From positions 1 through 57,369 of IMG/VR virus record IMGVR_UViG_3300037310_000117: a stretch of DNA of 57,369 nucleotides. The stretch is one strand, 5' to 3'. Source of the stretch: a virus. Its lineage: Duplodnaviria; Caudoviricetes. A program made the position numbers and the translations under genes. Shown here in pieces: positions 57,140-57,369 of this stretch. Every line of letters starts with the position of its first letter. The first letter of the stretch is position 1. The notes under the pieces were generated by a model. The model was not told the DNA's origin. It saw only the letters and a program-made list of their open reading frames with translations, and ran no database searches.

Positions 57140-57335
57140 GAATCTGGTGTGATAGATTCCCAAGGGTCGGGCGCGGTGACGCGCCCGCCCTCAGGCGAGC
57201 CATCCTGACGGTGAAGTCTGGGTTTAGGCCCTTACGACACTGGTTTGACGGTCCGCATGAGCGACCTCCTTTCTACCCGGCACCGGGATTGGGGGTTAAG
57301 CCTAAGAGGCGATGGAGGTGGTTCTCCTCGCCTAC
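57140..57335 (-). ncRNA. Structured element with a strong SD and 8-codon mini-ORF (MRTVKPVS, 57232..57258)
   Basis: AAAGGAGG-N6-ATG; at least four hairpins; contains a 30-nt exact match to 33668..33697. Confidence 0.4.
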
Positions 57336-57369
57336 GGAAGCGGGGGCCGGCGGGGGCGGGCGCGCCGGG

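Noticed and set aside
55640-57208. 522-aa plus-strand ORF
   Set aside because: Antisense shadow of the IS1595 transposase and passengers; no motifs
57121-57250. CRISPR mini-array around the 30-nt match
   Set aside because: Flanks are only weakly similar, do not abut the 30-mer, and no cas genes are present

Overview
The window reads as a near-complete, GC-rich short-tailed (podovirus-type) dsDNA phage or prophage genome, probably of an alphaproteobacterium (inferred, e.g. from its DnaK-like gene). It has no RNA polymerase, and no integrase or CI repressor is visible. A minus-strand replication/recombination operon (HTH, Prim-Pol/VapE, ExoVIII-like nuclease, RecT; 1472-5644) diverges at a repeat-rich putative origin from a ~43 kb plus-strand late region. 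That region holds a lytic transglycosylase, DHH phosphoesterase, terminases, portal, two duplicated adapter+spike cassettes, scaffold, capsid, tail tubes, ejection proteins, tail fibre, spanins and a lid-less Hsp70. A mosaic accessory region (49.6-55.4 kb) follows. Both window ends are scarred methyltransferase/IS1595 hotspots. Highlights: (1) a 3220-aa ejection polyprotein whose cargo modules are each bounded by a hydrophobic-x-Gln motif; (2) an exact 30-nt identity between that gene and a structured SD+mini-ORF element at the far end; (3) a phage Hsp70 coupled to a membrane protein; (4) an IS1595 with two upstream passenger genes inside a dcm; (5) a capsid leader with a twice-repeated RNA internal loop. 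All calls come from reading the sequence; no searches were run.
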